This document shows positions 51,683 to 62,111 of a DNA stretch of 64,000 nucleotides, one piece after another; position 1 is the first letter of the stretch, and the number at the start of each line of letters is the position of its first letter. Made by a program: the position numbers and the translations under genes. Source of the stretch: an uncultured Chloroflexia bacterium (GTDB lineage Bacteria; Chloroflexota; Dehalococcoidia; UBA2979). The notes under the pieces were generated by a model. It worked only from the letters and a program-made list of their open reading frames with translations. It was not told the origin of the DNA and did no database searches. The stretch covers positions 448,001 to 512,000 of the forward strand of contig CAVSIV010000006.1 in assembly GCA_963728205.1 (NCBI GenBank). Direction: 5' to 3'.

Positions 51683-52783
51683 CTAGCGGACGATGAGCAC
51701 GATGGTGGCGGAGGGGACGCCCACCGGATACGCACCGAGGAACGCCGCGTTCACGAACGCCGGCGCGCCGGGGATGTAGATGACCGCGCGGCCGCCGAGA
51801 TACACGGTGATCGAACGGCCGCCGCTGGACTGCGTCGCGGTGGCAAGCTCGGTGACCGAGCCGCCGCCCCACAGCGCAGTGTTCACGCCGACGCTGGCGA
51901 TCGGCCGGTCGAACTGCCCCATGTCGGTACCCGACGCGATCGGCGCGGTCGTCACGGACGGGACGGGGGTCGCGGTCGGCACCGGGGTCGGCGCGACGGT
52001 CGCCGCCGGGGTGGGCGCCGGCGTCGCGGTCACCACGGGCGCGGGCGCGGGCAGCACCGGCGGGTAGAGCGCCGCGATCGCGGCGATGTCGTCGGACGTG
52101 AGCAGGTAGCCCATCTGGCAGGCGACGCCCGTCGGCGCCATCAGCGCGTTCGGGTCGGTCGAGTGGCCGACGCCAATCGCGTGCAGCAGCTCATGCGAGA
52201 ACACGTGCTGCAGGTCGCGGTACGTCGGCGAGTCCGGGCAGGCGAAGTTGTAGGTGTCGTCCAGGAAGACGCGCGCGGCCGTGAAGGTCGACGCGCCGAG
52301 CGCGCTCGTCTGGATGCCGAAGTTCAGCGTGAGGCCGGTGGAGGCGATGCTCCCCCAGCCGACGACGATCGCGTGGCCCGGGTTCGTGCTGCAGAGGTCG
52401 GCGCGCGTCGTCGGGCCGGCGTCGACGAGCGTGAGCCCGCCGCGCAGCTCGCGGTTGATCTCCTGGATCGAGAGGTCGAGCTCTTGCTTCGCGAGGTCCT
52501 GCGAGAGGGCGAGCGCGGGTCCGCTCATGTCGCGGCCGTTGACGACGCACGTGCCGCCGTCCCAGTTGTAGTAGACGTCGACCGTCGTGCGGTCGGTCCA
52601 CTGGAAGCCTTCGAGCGCGAAGGCGTCGACGGTGGAGACGGCGGTGCCGCCCGGCGCGCCGATCGCGGCCGCGTGCGCGCTGGTCGCGCGGCCGCCGACG
52701 AGCAGGCCGCCGGCGAGGGCGGCGACGACGGCAAGTGCGAGGAACAGCCCGGCCCGCGCCGGGCGGCGAAGTCGCTGCAACAC
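51683..52783 (-). CDS. Secreted matrixin (M10-like) metallopeptidase with C-terminal WGGG/GAPxFVN module
   Basis: Signal peptide, HELLHAIGVGHS, Met-turn ALMAP, DDIAAIAALY, PT linker. Confidence 0.85.
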   Translation of the reverse strand: MLQRLRRPARAGLFLALAVVAALAGGLLVGGRATSAHAAAIGAPGGTAVSTVDAFALEGFQWTDRTTVDVYYNWDGGTCVVNGRDMSGPALALSQDLAKQELDLSIQEINRELRGGLTLVDAGPTTRADLCSTNPGHAIVVGWGSIASTGLTLNFGIQTSALGASTFTAARVFLDDTYNFACPDSPTYRDLQHVFSHELLHAIGVGHSTDPNALMAPTGVACQMGYLLTSDDIAAIAALYPPVLPAPAPVVTATPAPTPAATVAPTPVPTATPVPSVTTAPIASGTDMGQFDRPIASVGVNTALWGGGSVTELATATQSSGGRSITVYLGGRAVIYIPGAPAFVNAAFLGAYPVGVPSATIVLIVR

Positions 52784-52939
52784 TGAACCCCTTTAATGCG
52801 ATGGGAATGCATCGACCGTGCGATGAATGTGTAACGCCTCGAGCGTACCGAGCGTTCGCCGCACGTTGCAGTTTCATGGCATGCGACATCGTCATGCAGA
52901 CGCAAAGAAAGCGTCGAACGCGGGCAAACCGGGCCAGTC

Positions 52940-54298
52940 CTACACCCGACGTTGCAGGCGCCCGTCCCAGCGCAGCCACCGGATCGCGCCCGCGGCGTCG
53001 CGCAGGAACTCGCCGCGACGGCCGAGCGCCGGCTCCTCGACCCCGATCACCGCGTCCTCGCCGAGGACGGCGAGACGCACGGGCGCCGGCGGCGGCACCG
53101 GGTCGCGACCCGGCCGCGGCGCCGGCTCGACGCGCAACACGAGCGCGCCGTCCTCCACCGCCAGCAGGACGTCCTTGAGCAGCCCCGTGTAGCGGCCGGC
53201 GCAGGCGCGCAGCGCCGCCTCCGGCATGTCGACCGTCGCGGGGGGCGCGTCGCGCACGCCGAGCACGCAATCGAGCAGCCACGCCGTCACCGCGCGGTTG
53301 AGCGCCGCGCCGTCCACGGCGTTCGTGAGCACCGTGAGTCCGAAGCGCTCCGGGGGCACCATCACGAACTCGGACAGCTGGCCGAGCGTCTCGCCGCCGT
53401 GCCGCACCGTGCGCATGCCGCCCACGTCGGTCAGCTGCCACCCCAGTCCGAACGCGTCGCAGATGCTGCCGGCGCGCACGTGCTCGCGCTGCATCTCGGC
53501 GAGTCGCGCCGCCGGCAACACGACCTCGCCGCCGGGCCCGCGGCCGTCGCCGAGGTGGAATCGCAGGTACGCAAGCTGGTCGACGAGGTCCGAGATCACG
53601 CCGCCGTGCGCCATGCCCGCGCGCTCGACCGCCCACGGCCGCGCGACGGCCGGCCGGCCGTCGACGGAGCGATGACCGACCGCGACGCGCTCGGTCACGA
53701 CGTCCTCGGGCAGCTCGAACGAGTGCCGCATCCCCAGCGGCGCGAACAGCTCGCGCGCGAGCACGCGGTCGTACGGCTCGCCGGCGAGCACCTCGATGAC
53801 GCGCCCGAGCACCGCGAAGCCGGCGTTGCTGTAGGCGAAGGTCTCGCCGGGCGGCGTGAGCAGCGGCATGTCCGGCAGCTGCTCGACCATGCACGCGAGG
53901 GCGTCGTCGCCGCGCGCGCCGACGCGGTGGAGCAGGTACCAGTCGCCGGCCCAGCCCGCGGTGTGGGTGAGCAGGTGGCGCGGCGTGACGCGCTCGGCCC
54001 ACGCCTCGTCGGCGAGCCGGAAGTCGAGCAGGCGGCGCAGCGGCGCGTCGAGGTCGATGGCCCCGCTCTCGACGCGCCGCATGACGAGGGTTGCGGTCAT
54101 CGTCTTGGTGGTGGAGCCGACCTGGAACAGCGTGGTCGGCGTCACCGGCAGCGGGTGGTCGACGTTCGTCACGCCGTAGCTCGCGGTGAGCACCTCGTCG
54201 CCGTGCACGACGCCGAGCGCGACGCCGGGCACCTGCCGGCGCGCCATCTGATCGCGCACGAGCGCGTCGAGGTCCGCGCGCAGGTCCTCGAGGGACAC
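52940..54298 (-). CDS. Serine hydrolase, beta-lactamase class C fold
   Basis: FQVGSTTK (SxxK), LLTHTAG, YSNAG, HGG. Confidence 0.9.
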   Translation of the reverse strand: MSLEDLRADLDALVRDQMARRQVPGVALGVVHGDEVLTASYGVTNVDHPLPVTPTTLFQVGSTTKTMTATLVMRRVESGAIDLDAPLRRLLDFRLADEAWAERVTPRHLLTHTAGWAGDWYLLHRVGARGDDALACMVEQLPDMPLLTPPGETFAYSNAGFAVLGRVIEVLAGEPYDRVLARELFAPLGMRHSFELPEDVVTERVAVGHRSVDGRPAVARPWAVERAGMAHGGVISDLVDQLAYLRFHLGDGRGPGGEVVLPAARLAEMQREHVRAGSICDAFGLGWQLTDVGGMRTVRHGGETLGQLSEFVMVPPERFGLTVLTNAVDGAALNRAVTAWLLDCVLGVRDAPPATVDMPEAALRACAGRYTGLLKDVLLAVEDGALVLRVEPAPRPGRDPVPPPAPVRLAVLGEDAVIGVEEPALGRRGEFLRDAAGAIRWLRWDGRLQRRV

Positions 54299-54517
54299 GG
54301 GGGCTCCAATCCTTCGCCGGGCGGGCGCCAAATCTACCCGATTGCGCCCCGACGGCGCCGGGGGCCGCGCCGCCGGATCGCGCTGCCGTGAGAGTTCTGC
54401 AACATCACTCGTTCGCACGCGACCCTCACGTTTTTCTCGCGCTCGCGTTCAAGCAGTCGACGGGCAGGGCGGTGCTCCCATGGCAAGCCTCACGGGGAGA
54501 GAGCGAAAGGAGAGAAG

Positions 54518-56488
54518 ATGCGCTTGAACAAACGCATCTGGTGGTACGCATCGCCCATATTCGCGGCGGTGCTGCTGCTCGCGGTCGGACTGCCCGGCCT
54601 GGTACGGGCCAATCCCGGTCCCGTCGCGGTCGGGACCACCTCGATGCCGAACGCGGAAGTCGGCGTCGCATATTCGCAGACGCTCGCCGCCACCGGCGGC
54701 ACCACGCCCTACACCTGGGCGATCACGACCGGCGGTCTGCCCGCCGGCCTCTCGATCAACACCTCGAGCGGGGTGATCAGCGGCACGCCGACCACGGTCG
54801 GCTCGTCGACCTTCACGGCCCAGGTTACCGACAGCAGCTCGCCCGTCACGACGGCGACGCAGTCCCTGACCATCACGGTCCAGGACCAGGTGGCGATCAC
54901 CACCACGTCGCTCGCCGGCGGTGAGGTTGGCGTGGCCTACTCGCAGACGCTCGCCGCCGCGGGCGGCGTGACGCCGTACACGTGGTCGGTCTCCGCCGGC
55001 ACGCTGCCGGCCGGACTCGCGCTCAACGCGAGCACCGGTGCGATCAGCGGCACGCCGACGGCCGCCGGCACCACGAACATCACCGCACAGGTCGCGGACG
55101 CGGCCGGCGGCACGGCGACGAAGGCGCTGTCGATCACGATCGGCGCTCCCGTCGCGATCGGCACGACGTCGCTGCCCAACGCCACCGTGGGCACGGCGTA
55201 CTCGCAGACGCTCGCCGCCACCGGCGGCGTGACCCCGTACGGCTGGTCGCTCACGTCCGGCGCGCTGCCGGCCGGCCTGTCGCTCAACGCGACGACCGGC
55301 GTGATCAGCGGCACGCCGACGGCGGCCGGCACGAGCATGTTCACCGTGCAGGTGACGGACCTCGCGGGCGGCTCGGCGACGCGCTCACTGTCCATCGCAG
55401 TGGCCGCGACGCCGGTCTCGATCACGACCACGTCGCTCGACAGCGCGACCGTGGGCGTGTCGTACTCGCAGATGCTCGCCGCGACCGGCGGCGTGACGCC
55501 GTACACGTGGTCGGTGACGACCGGTGCGCTTCCCGCGGGCCTGTCGCTCAACGCCGCGACCGGCGAGATCAGCGGGACGCCGACCGCGGCCGGCACGTCG
55601 ACCTTGACGGTCCAGGTGTCCGACAGCCAGTCGACGCCCGCGACCGCGACGAAGTCGCTGACAATCACGGTCAACCCGTTCACCGCGCTCGCGATCACGA
55701 CGGCGTCGCTCCCCGACGCCACCGTGGGCACGGCGTACTCGAAGACGCTGCAGGCGACCGGCGGCATCACGCCGTACAGCTGGTCGGTGATCGCGGGCGG
55801 GCTTCCGGCCGGCCTGTCGCTCAACGCCGGCACCGGTGTGATCAGCGGCACGCCGACCGCGGCGGGCGCCTCGACCTTCACCATCCAGGTGACGGACAGC
55901 GAGTCGCCGGCGGTCTCGACGTCGAAGTCGTACACGCTCACGGTGGGCACGAGCACGCCGTCCGGACAGAACCCGGACGTCGTGGCGGCCTGCCAGGACA
56001 CGTCCGGGCACCCGGCGCTGCCGGCGCTGTGCCGCATCTACATGAGCGGCCAGCTCCCGCACTTCGCGCAGGGCGTCATCGGGCGCGTCATCCTCAAGCT
56101 CGCCAACCGGGAGCACCCGAAGGCGAAGCACGAGGACAAGGAGCAGAACGAGGCGAACGAGGGCAACGAGCACAAGGCGAAGCCGAACGTGCAGACCTCG
56201 TTCGAGTCGCACGGCAAGATGCCGGGCTGGGTGAACTTCTCGTCGGTGTTCCAGGCGAAGCTCGACGCCCAGACCGCGCAGCAGCAGTCGACGAACTCGG
56301 ACTGCGACAAGCAGCAGTCTGAGCAGAGTCAGCAGCAGAGCACGCTGAAGCAGCAGACTGTGCAGCAGACGACGATCAAGCAGGACACGAGCCACGAGGA
56401 CCAGGGCTCGCAGGCCAGCGGCAAGACCGCCGGGCGGCCGTCCTGGAGCTTCTTCGCGAGCCACGGCAAGCACAACAACGGCCACTAG
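54518..56488 (+). CDS. Secreted protein with five putative Ig (He_PIG) repeats and a Gln/Ser/Lys-rich tail
   Basis: Five ~88-aa repeats TTSLP.A.VG.AYSQTLAATGG.TPY.W....G.LPAGLSLN..TG.ISGTPT. Confidence 0.9.
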   Translation: MRLNKRIWWYASPIFAAVLLLAVGLPGLVRANPGPVAVGTTSMPNAEVGVAYSQTLAATGGTTPYTWAITTGGLPAGLSINTSSGVISGTPTTVGSSTFTAQVTDSSSPVTTATQSLTITVQDQVAITTTSLAGGEVGVAYSQTLAAAGGVTPYTWSVSAGTLPAGLALNASTGAISGTPTAAGTTNITAQVADAAGGTATKALSITIGAPVAIGTTSLPNATVGTAYSQTLAATGGVTPYGWSLTSGALPAGLSLNATTGVISGTPTAAGTSMFTVQVTDLAGGSATRSLSIAVAATPVSITTTSLDSATVGVSYSQMLAATGGVTPYTWSVTTGALPAGLSLNAATGEISGTPTAAGTSTLTVQVSDSQSTPATATKSLTITVNPFTALAITTASLPDATVGTAYSKTLQATGGITPYSWSVIAGGLPAGLSLNAGTGVISGTPTAAGASTFTIQVTDSESPAVSTSKSYTLTVGTSTPSGQNPDVVAACQDTSGHPALPALCRIYMSGQLPHFAQGVIGRVILKLANREHPKAKHEDKEQNEANEGNEHKAKPNVQTSFESHGKMPGWVNFSSVFQAKLDAQTAQQQSTNSDCDKQQSEQSQQQSTLKQQTVQQTTIKQDTSHEDQGSQASGKTAGRPSWSFFASHGKHNNGH

Positions 56489-56513
56489 GCCGTCGCGCCG
56501 ACCGTGACACACG

Positions 56514-56543
56514 CGAGCCCCCTCCGGCGACGGAGGGGGCTCG
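56514..56543. terminator. Probable bidirectional terminator hairpin
   Basis: 13-bp perfect stem CGAGCCCCCTCCG with a GCGA tetraloop, between convergent genes. Confidence 0.7.
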
Positions 56544-56579
56544 TTGAATCCAGCGCCGGGCCGCGCTGCGCGGGGCGGG

Positions 56580-57038
56580 TTACTTCAGCGTCTTGATGTA
56601 GTCGATGAGCGCCGAGATCTGCTGATCGTTGAGCGACTTGCCGAAGGTGGCCGGCATGTCGTTGGTGTGGCCGGCGACAATCTTCGCAGCGGGGTCGACA
56701 ATCGACTCGTGGAGGTAGGCGTCGTCGGCGGTCGCGGTGCTGCCGTCGACCAGCGACACGGTGCTGCCCGCGAGGCCCTTCCACGTCGGGCCGATGCTCT
56801 TTGAGCCGTCGGTGGTGTGACAGGCGAAGCAGCCGCTGGACTGCGCGACCGTCTTGCCGTCGACGGGGCCGGTGGACGGCGGCGGTGCGGCCTGGCTCGT
56901 GGCCTCCGGCGTCGCGCTCAGGTCAATCGCGGCCACGCGCGCCTCGGGCGCGCGCTGGACGTTCGCCACGCCGTAGATGGCCGGCAGCGCGACGGCGATG
57001 CACGCCGCCACCACAATCGCGATCCCCAGCTCCTTCAA
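56580..57038 (-). CDS. Membrane-anchored monoheme cytochrome c
   Basis: N-terminal TM, GCFACH (CxxCH), GPTWKGL, YLHESIVDP, distal Met in NDMP. Confidence 0.9.
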   Translation of the reverse strand: MKELGIAIVVAACIAVALPAIYGVANVQRAPEARVAAIDLSATPEATSQAAPPPSTGPVDGKTVAQSSGCFACHTTDGSKSIGPTWKGLAGSTVSLVDGSTATADDAYLHESIVDPAAKIVAGHTNDMPATFGKSLNDQQISALIDYIKTLK

Positions 57039-57181
57039 CGTCGCCTCCTCCCGCGCGGCAAGCGCCCCAATGCGCCCGTCATGCTACCTAGGCATCTGCT
57101 CTGCCGCGAGGGGCGCACTCCGGGCGCGCGGCAGAGCCTGTCCGGAGCCTGCCGAGGCGACGCGGGCCCGTCGTGGGCCCC

Positions 57182-57272
57182 CAAGCGGCGGCAGAGATGC
57201 CGCCGACAGGACGCGGACACGGTCCGCCGTCGAGCGCCGTGCCTCTGTCGGCGGCATCTCTGCCGCCGCTTG
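57182..57272. repeat. REPIN doublet (family A, diverged spacer)
   Basis: CAAG-CGGCGGCA-GAGA-TGCCGCCG-ACAG and an exact inverted copy. Confidence 0.9.
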
Positions 57273-57421
57273 CGCGCCCCGACGAGTCTGACCCCGTCGG
57301 AGGCCCTGCCGCGCGAATCGGGACGGCGCCGACGTTCGTCACGCCAATCGCCGGGCCAAGGCCGCTGCCGGCGCGTGCGCGCGACGCGCACGATGGGACC
57401 GCCCCGGTAGGGAGGTTCATC

Positions 57422-57880
57422 GTGACATCGCGTCGTGCCGTGGCGTGGTCGATCGCCGTGCTCGAGGTCGTGATGGCGGTTGGCGCGGTCGCCGGCGCCT
57501 GGTTCGTGCTCGGCCACCGGAACGGCACCGAGGGAATGCCGCTTTCGTGGCTCGACGGCTCGCCGTTCTCCGACTACCTCGTGCCCGGGCTCACGCTCCT
57601 GGTCGCCATCGGACTCGTGTACTTCGCGGGTGCCTACGTGGTGCTCTCAGGTCGCACATACGCCGGGTGGATCACGGCGGCGCTGGGCGTCGAGCTGATC
57701 GGCTGGATCGTCGCCGAGGTCGCGATCATCGGGTGGGTGTCGGTGCTGCAGCCAATCGTGCTGGCCTGGGCTATCGTCGTGCTCGCGCTCGGACTGGGGC
57801 TCGCGCGGGCCGACGCCGCGCCCGCGACCGGGATCGCGCGGCCGCCACGCGGCGCCGCGCACGGGACGTCGGCGCGCTGA
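57422..57880 (+). CDS. 4-TM membrane protein
   Basis: GGAGG RBS, GMPLSWLDGSPFSDYLVPGL, WIVAE. Confidence 0.7.
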   Translation: MTSRRAVAWSIAVLEVVMAVGAVAGAWFVLGHRNGTEGMPLSWLDGSPFSDYLVPGLTLLVAIGLVYFAGAYVVLSGRTYAGWITAALGVELIGWIVAEVAIIGWVSVLQPIVLAWAIVVLALGLGLARADAAPATGIARPPRGAAHGTSAR

Positions 57881-57904
57881 CGGGAAGCGGCCGAGGCCCG
57901 GAGG

Positions 57905-58609
57905 TCAGCCACCGGCCGCCGCGTGCTCGTGCAGGTAGTGCGCGCCGCGGCCGGCCTCGAGCCGGCCGACGAGGCGCCCGTCGGGGGTCGTTACGAGCAC
58001 CGCGTCGACCTCCGCGCCGCGCATGCGCTCGAGCAGCGCGTCGAGTTGCTCGTTCGCGCGCACGGTCGTCGGTCCCTCGCTCATGACGTCGACGACGGCG
58101 CGGCCATCGTCGCCTTCGCCGTCGAGCGCATCGTCGCCGACAATCCCGAGCACGACCCGCTCCGCGTTCACGACGATCACCGCGCGGCCGCCGGTGCGCG
58201 ACAGGGCGGCGCGCGCCTCGCCGACGCTCGCGTCGAGCGGGCACATCGCGACGTCGGCCGTCACCGCGTCGCCGGCGAGGACAGCCTCCCCCTCTCGTGG
58301 CAGTCCGCACGCGAGCCAGTCTTCCTTCCCGCCGACGTAGTCGAAGACGCGCGCGAAGCCGTACGTCTCGAGCCGCCACGCAGCCCGCGGGCTCTGGTCT
58401 CAGAGGAAGCCGTTGCAGTACACCGCGACCGGCCGCGCCGGGTCGAGGCGCTCGAGCGCCGCCTCCCGGCTGAACTGCTTCAGCGAGAGGTGAACGGCGC
58501 CGGGGAGGTGCGCCCACTCGTACTCGTCGCGCGGCAGCACCTCGACGACCTGTACGTCTTCCTCGCGCATGAGCCGCTGCAGCTCATCGCGATCAATGGG
58601 GCGCGGCAC
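57905..58609 (-). CDS. Rhodanese plus tandem CBS protein; in-frame TGA at 58402-58400 probably encodes selenocysteine
   Basis: VEVLP..EY..AHLPGA...YCNGFL*DQSPRAAWRLETYGF..VFDYVGGKEDW continues in frame into a CBS pair. Confidence 0.8.
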
Positions 58610-58613
58610 GCTG

Positions 58614-58910
58614 TCACAGTCCCTTGAGGTATGTGTATCGCTCGATCGCGATGGGCTCGCGCAGCGACTCGCGCAGCGCCGTGCCCAGCTCCAGCATGTG
58701 CTCGGTCTTCTGGTGCTGCTCGAAGTCGGCGACGGTGGGGTAGCGTTCGTAGAGCAGGAACTCGCTCGGGTCGTTCTCGGCGACGTGCAAGGAGTAGGCG
58801 TCGACGCCGGGTTCGTGTGTCTGCACGCCTTCGATCATCTGCTCCAGGGCCTTCTGCACTTCGGCCTCTTTGCCGGGCTGCGCGTGCAGTCGCGCAATCG
58901 CCGTGATCAT
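58614..58910 (-). CDS. Antibiotic biosynthesis monooxygenase (ABM) family protein
   Basis: A.PGKE...HEPG...Y.LH...F..YERY.....HQKTEH. Confidence 0.85.
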   Translation of the reverse strand: MITAIARLHAQPGKEAEVQKALEQMIEGVQTHEPGVDAYSLHVAENDPSEFLLYERYPTVADFEQHQKTEHMLELGTALRESLREPIAIERYTYLKGL

Positions 58911-59145
58911 GACCGCATCCTTTCCTCATGCCCGGCGCGACCGTCGCTCGATACGTTCCCCGGCCAGAGCGGCGCCGGTCGCGCGCATGCCGTGTCCTCA
59001 TTCCACCGTAGCACCACCGATCATCGACACTTCCGCTCCCTGGTTGGATGACTCGCGTGGGACACTTGTAGACGTTTCGATCGTGTCGCAATCTGTATGT
59101 TGCGAGTCTGATCCCTTGGCTCAACGAAGCAGGCAGAAAGGCCCC

Positions 59146-59451
59146 ATGGCGAAATTCACGCAGTTGAACCCGCGAGAAGTCATGATCGGCAGGGAGCGCG
59201 CCGCCATCGAGGCGCGACGTCCCTACCAGGAGGCGTTGGAGGCGAGCGACGCCGGCCAGATCGAGCTGGCGCGCGGCGACGTGCCGTCGACGGTGAAGCG
59301 CCGCCTGGCGGACGCGGCGAAGGACATGGGCGTGCGGGTGCGGTCGAGCTGGACCGACCCGAAGCAGCGCGTCCTGGTGTGGAAGAAGACCGGGAGGAGC
59401 GCGGCACCGAGGGCGCGGCGCGGGAGCGCGAACGGGGCCTCGCACAGGTAG
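59146..59451 (+). CDS. Small basic hypothetical protein
   Basis: AGAAAGG RBS. YQEAL...AGQIELARGD..STVKRRLADAAK.MG. Confidence 0.6.
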   Translation: MAKFTQLNPREVMIGRERAAIEARRPYQEALEASDAGQIELARGDVPSTVKRRLADAAKDMGVRVRSSWTDPKQRVLVWKKTGRSAAPRARRGSANGASHR

Positions 59452-59518
59452 CGTCGGCGGCGGTGTGTGCCGCGGTTCCCAGCGGCCGGGGCATGCCGGC
59501 GGCGCACCGGGGCGGCGG

Positions 59519-61077
59519 CTACGGGTGGTACGGGACCGGCGACGGGCCGACCTGCGACCGCAGGATCGGCTGCGCGTCGTGCACGAACTCGCAGAGCAGC
59601 GGGCGCGTGTCGCGCGGATCGATCACGTCCTGGCCCGTCGACTCCGCCGTGCGGAACGGCGACGCGATCGCCTGCAGCCGCGCCTCGATCTCCGCGCGGC
59701 GCGCCTCCGGGTCGCGGCGCGGCCTCGATCTCGCGGCGGTACGCCGCGGCCACGCCGCCCTCGATGTGCATCGACCCCCAGCGGCCCGACGGCCACACGT
59801 AGCGCCGGAACATCCCGGTCGGCCGCTGCTGGCACTGGCCGGCCACGCCGTAGAGCTGCGCCCACCACCACCGTGATCCACGGCATGCGGCTCTCGCACG
59901 TCGCGATCACCAGCCGCGCGCCGGCGCGCTCGATGCCCCGCTTCTCCGACTCCAGGCCCACCATGAACCCCGGCTCGTCGGCGAACGACACGAGCGGCAG
60001 GTGGAAGGTGTCGCACAGCGCCATCAGCCGGATCACCTTCTCCCCGGCCGAGACGTCCGTCGTGCCGCCGAGGTACACGGGGTTGTTCGCCATCACGCCG
60101 ACCGCGTAGCCGTCGACGCGCGCGAGCCCGGTGATGCGCGACCGGCCGTAGCCCGGCGCGATCTCGAAGAAGGAGTCGCGGTCGACGGCGGCCTCGATGA
60201 TGCGGTGCGCGTCGTAGGGGCGCCGCCGGTCCCGCGGGACGACCGACAGCAGCGACTCGTCGCGGCGCGCGGGGTCGTCGGTCGGCTCGGCGCGCGGCGG
60301 CAGCTCCCATACGTTCGACGGCAGATAGGAGAGGAAGCGGCGGATCGTCGCGAGCGCCTCGGGCTCGCTCGCCGCGACGTTGTCGACGACGCCGCTCTGC
60401 GTCCCGTGGATCGCGGCGCCGCCGAGGGCCTCCTTGTCGATGTCGTAGCCGAGCGCGGCCTTCACCACGGGCGGGCCGCCGGGGAAGAGCTGGCTCGTGC
60501 CGGCGACCATCACGTTGAAGTGCGCCATGCACGCGTTCACGGCCGGCAGCCCGGCCACCGACCCGAGCACGGCGGAGACGACCGGCACGGCGCGCAGCAG
60601 CTGCACGTCGTACTGCGCCCAGGCGTTGCCGTCGGGGAGATAGGTGCGCCCCATCTCCTCGAACGAGCGCACGCTCCCGCCGGCGGCGTCGAGCAGCCGC
60701 ACAAACGGCACACGCCACTCCAGCGCGCGACGCGTCGTCGGCAGCTCCGCGCCCATCCCGTCGGAGCGGCTGCCGCCGGAGCCGCCGCGCACGGTGAAGT
60801 CGCCGCCGCTCACCACCACCTTGCGGCCGTCGACGGTGCAGAAGCCGTCGACCGACGCCTTCGGCGTGAAGTCGACGAGCTGCTCGTCCTCGTAGGTGGC
60901 GCGGCCGACGAGGCCCATGAACTCGCGGAACGAGCCGGGGTCGGCGAAGGCGTCGATGCGCTCGCGGACGGTGAGCTTGCCGGAGGCGTGCTGGCGGGCG
61001 ACGTTCGCCTCGCCGCCCATGCGGGCCGCGAGGGCGCGGCGTCGTTCGAGCTCGTCGACCTCGGGTTGCCAGGTCAT
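59519..61077 (-). CDS. Acyl-CoA carboxylase, carboxyltransferase (beta) subunit (frameshifts ~59860 and ~59720)
   Basis: GG..NVARQH..GKLTVRERI, DFTVRGGS, GPPVVKAALG, EALGGA, CDTFHLPL..FADEPGFMVG, DVIDPRDTR. Confidence 0.9.
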
Positions 61078-61384
61078 GGGTGGGACTCCTCCGTGCCGCG
61101 CGGACGCCCGGGTCGGGCGGCGTACACGGTAGCGCGCGGGGAGCCGGACACAACGGGAGGCCGGCTCGCGCCGGCCTCCCCACCCAGGGTGCGGGACAGG
61201 GTGCAGTACCCCTGTGCCGCTACCCAATCCAACGCGCGATGGACCCGGACGTAGGGGTCGGCGACGGAACTGATAGCCGCAGATTCCGGGGCGGCCGCGC
61301 GCCGTTGCAGCCGCGTCTCGATTATGACAAGCGCCGGGTGGGCGCCGTGGGCGAACCGCGCCCTCGCGGACGCGATCCCTCGTC

Positions 61385-61434
61385 GCAAGCGGCGGCAGAC
61401 ACGCCGCCGATATCGCCGGCGGCGACAGCCGCCG
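61385..61434 (+). repeat. REP flanking the RAYT gene (downstream side)
   Basis: 50 nt that are the exact reverse complement of 62126-62175. Confidence 0.9.
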
Positions 61435-61471
61435 CTCCCCGCTCCCCGCTCCCCGCTCACGCGATGTGCCG

Positions 61472-62032
61472 TCACACCTCCCCGTCCCACGTGCGCGTGT
61501 CCAGCCGCACCACGAGCGGGTACTCCTGGTCCCTCACGTATCTCACGGCCGCGATGACCGCCGGTTCCGAACGGAGGAGCCGTGTCGAGCCGGACTGGGT
61601 CCACCACGTCCCCGACTCGGGCCGCCTCCACCGTTCGTTCAACGCCCGCGACGCGTATGCCTTCAGCGTCTTGAGCAACGTCGAGGCAGGCGGGTCGGCC
61701 GGTACTCCGATGACGACGTGCACATGGTTCGACATGACCGCCGTCGCGAAGCATGTCCACCCCCGGTAGCGTGCCTGCGCGTCGATCGCGTCGGCCGCGA
61801 CCTCGGCCTGCAGGGCGGTGAGGCGAATGGGATCTCGCTTCAAGAGGCCAGATGCAGTGATGCGCAGCCATGCCGCGGCGGGGGCGTCGCCGGAGAGAAA
61901 CGCGGGGACGCGGCGGCCCGACCCGTCGGGGACACGGAGCTTCGATCCGCGGGCGTCGCCGGGGAGCCATGAGCCGTACGTGGTCCATGTGAGCAGCCAT
62001 GTGCGGTCGACGGGCGGGAGCGGCGCATCCAC
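61472..62032 (-). mobile_element. REP-associated tyrosine transposase (RAYT; IS200/Y1 HUH family)
   Basis: LLTWTTYGSWLPGD, HUH motif MSNHVHVV, LKAYASR, WTQSGS, catalytic Tyr in AVRYVRDQ, flanked by inverted REPs. Confidence 0.9.
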
Positions 62033-62111
62033 CGGGAGATCCTGCCGGATGGCGGCGAGCCGCGCACCGAGGAAGTTGCGGGCACCGGCAGCGTTGCGGG
62101 TGCTGGGAGGA

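Noticed and set aside
513-61077. More than 15 frameshifts as programmed frameshifting or mass pseudogenisation
   Set aside because: They are scattered single-base indels, including in housekeeping genes, without recognisable slippery heptamers. Sequencing error is the simpler explanation, although some could be real.
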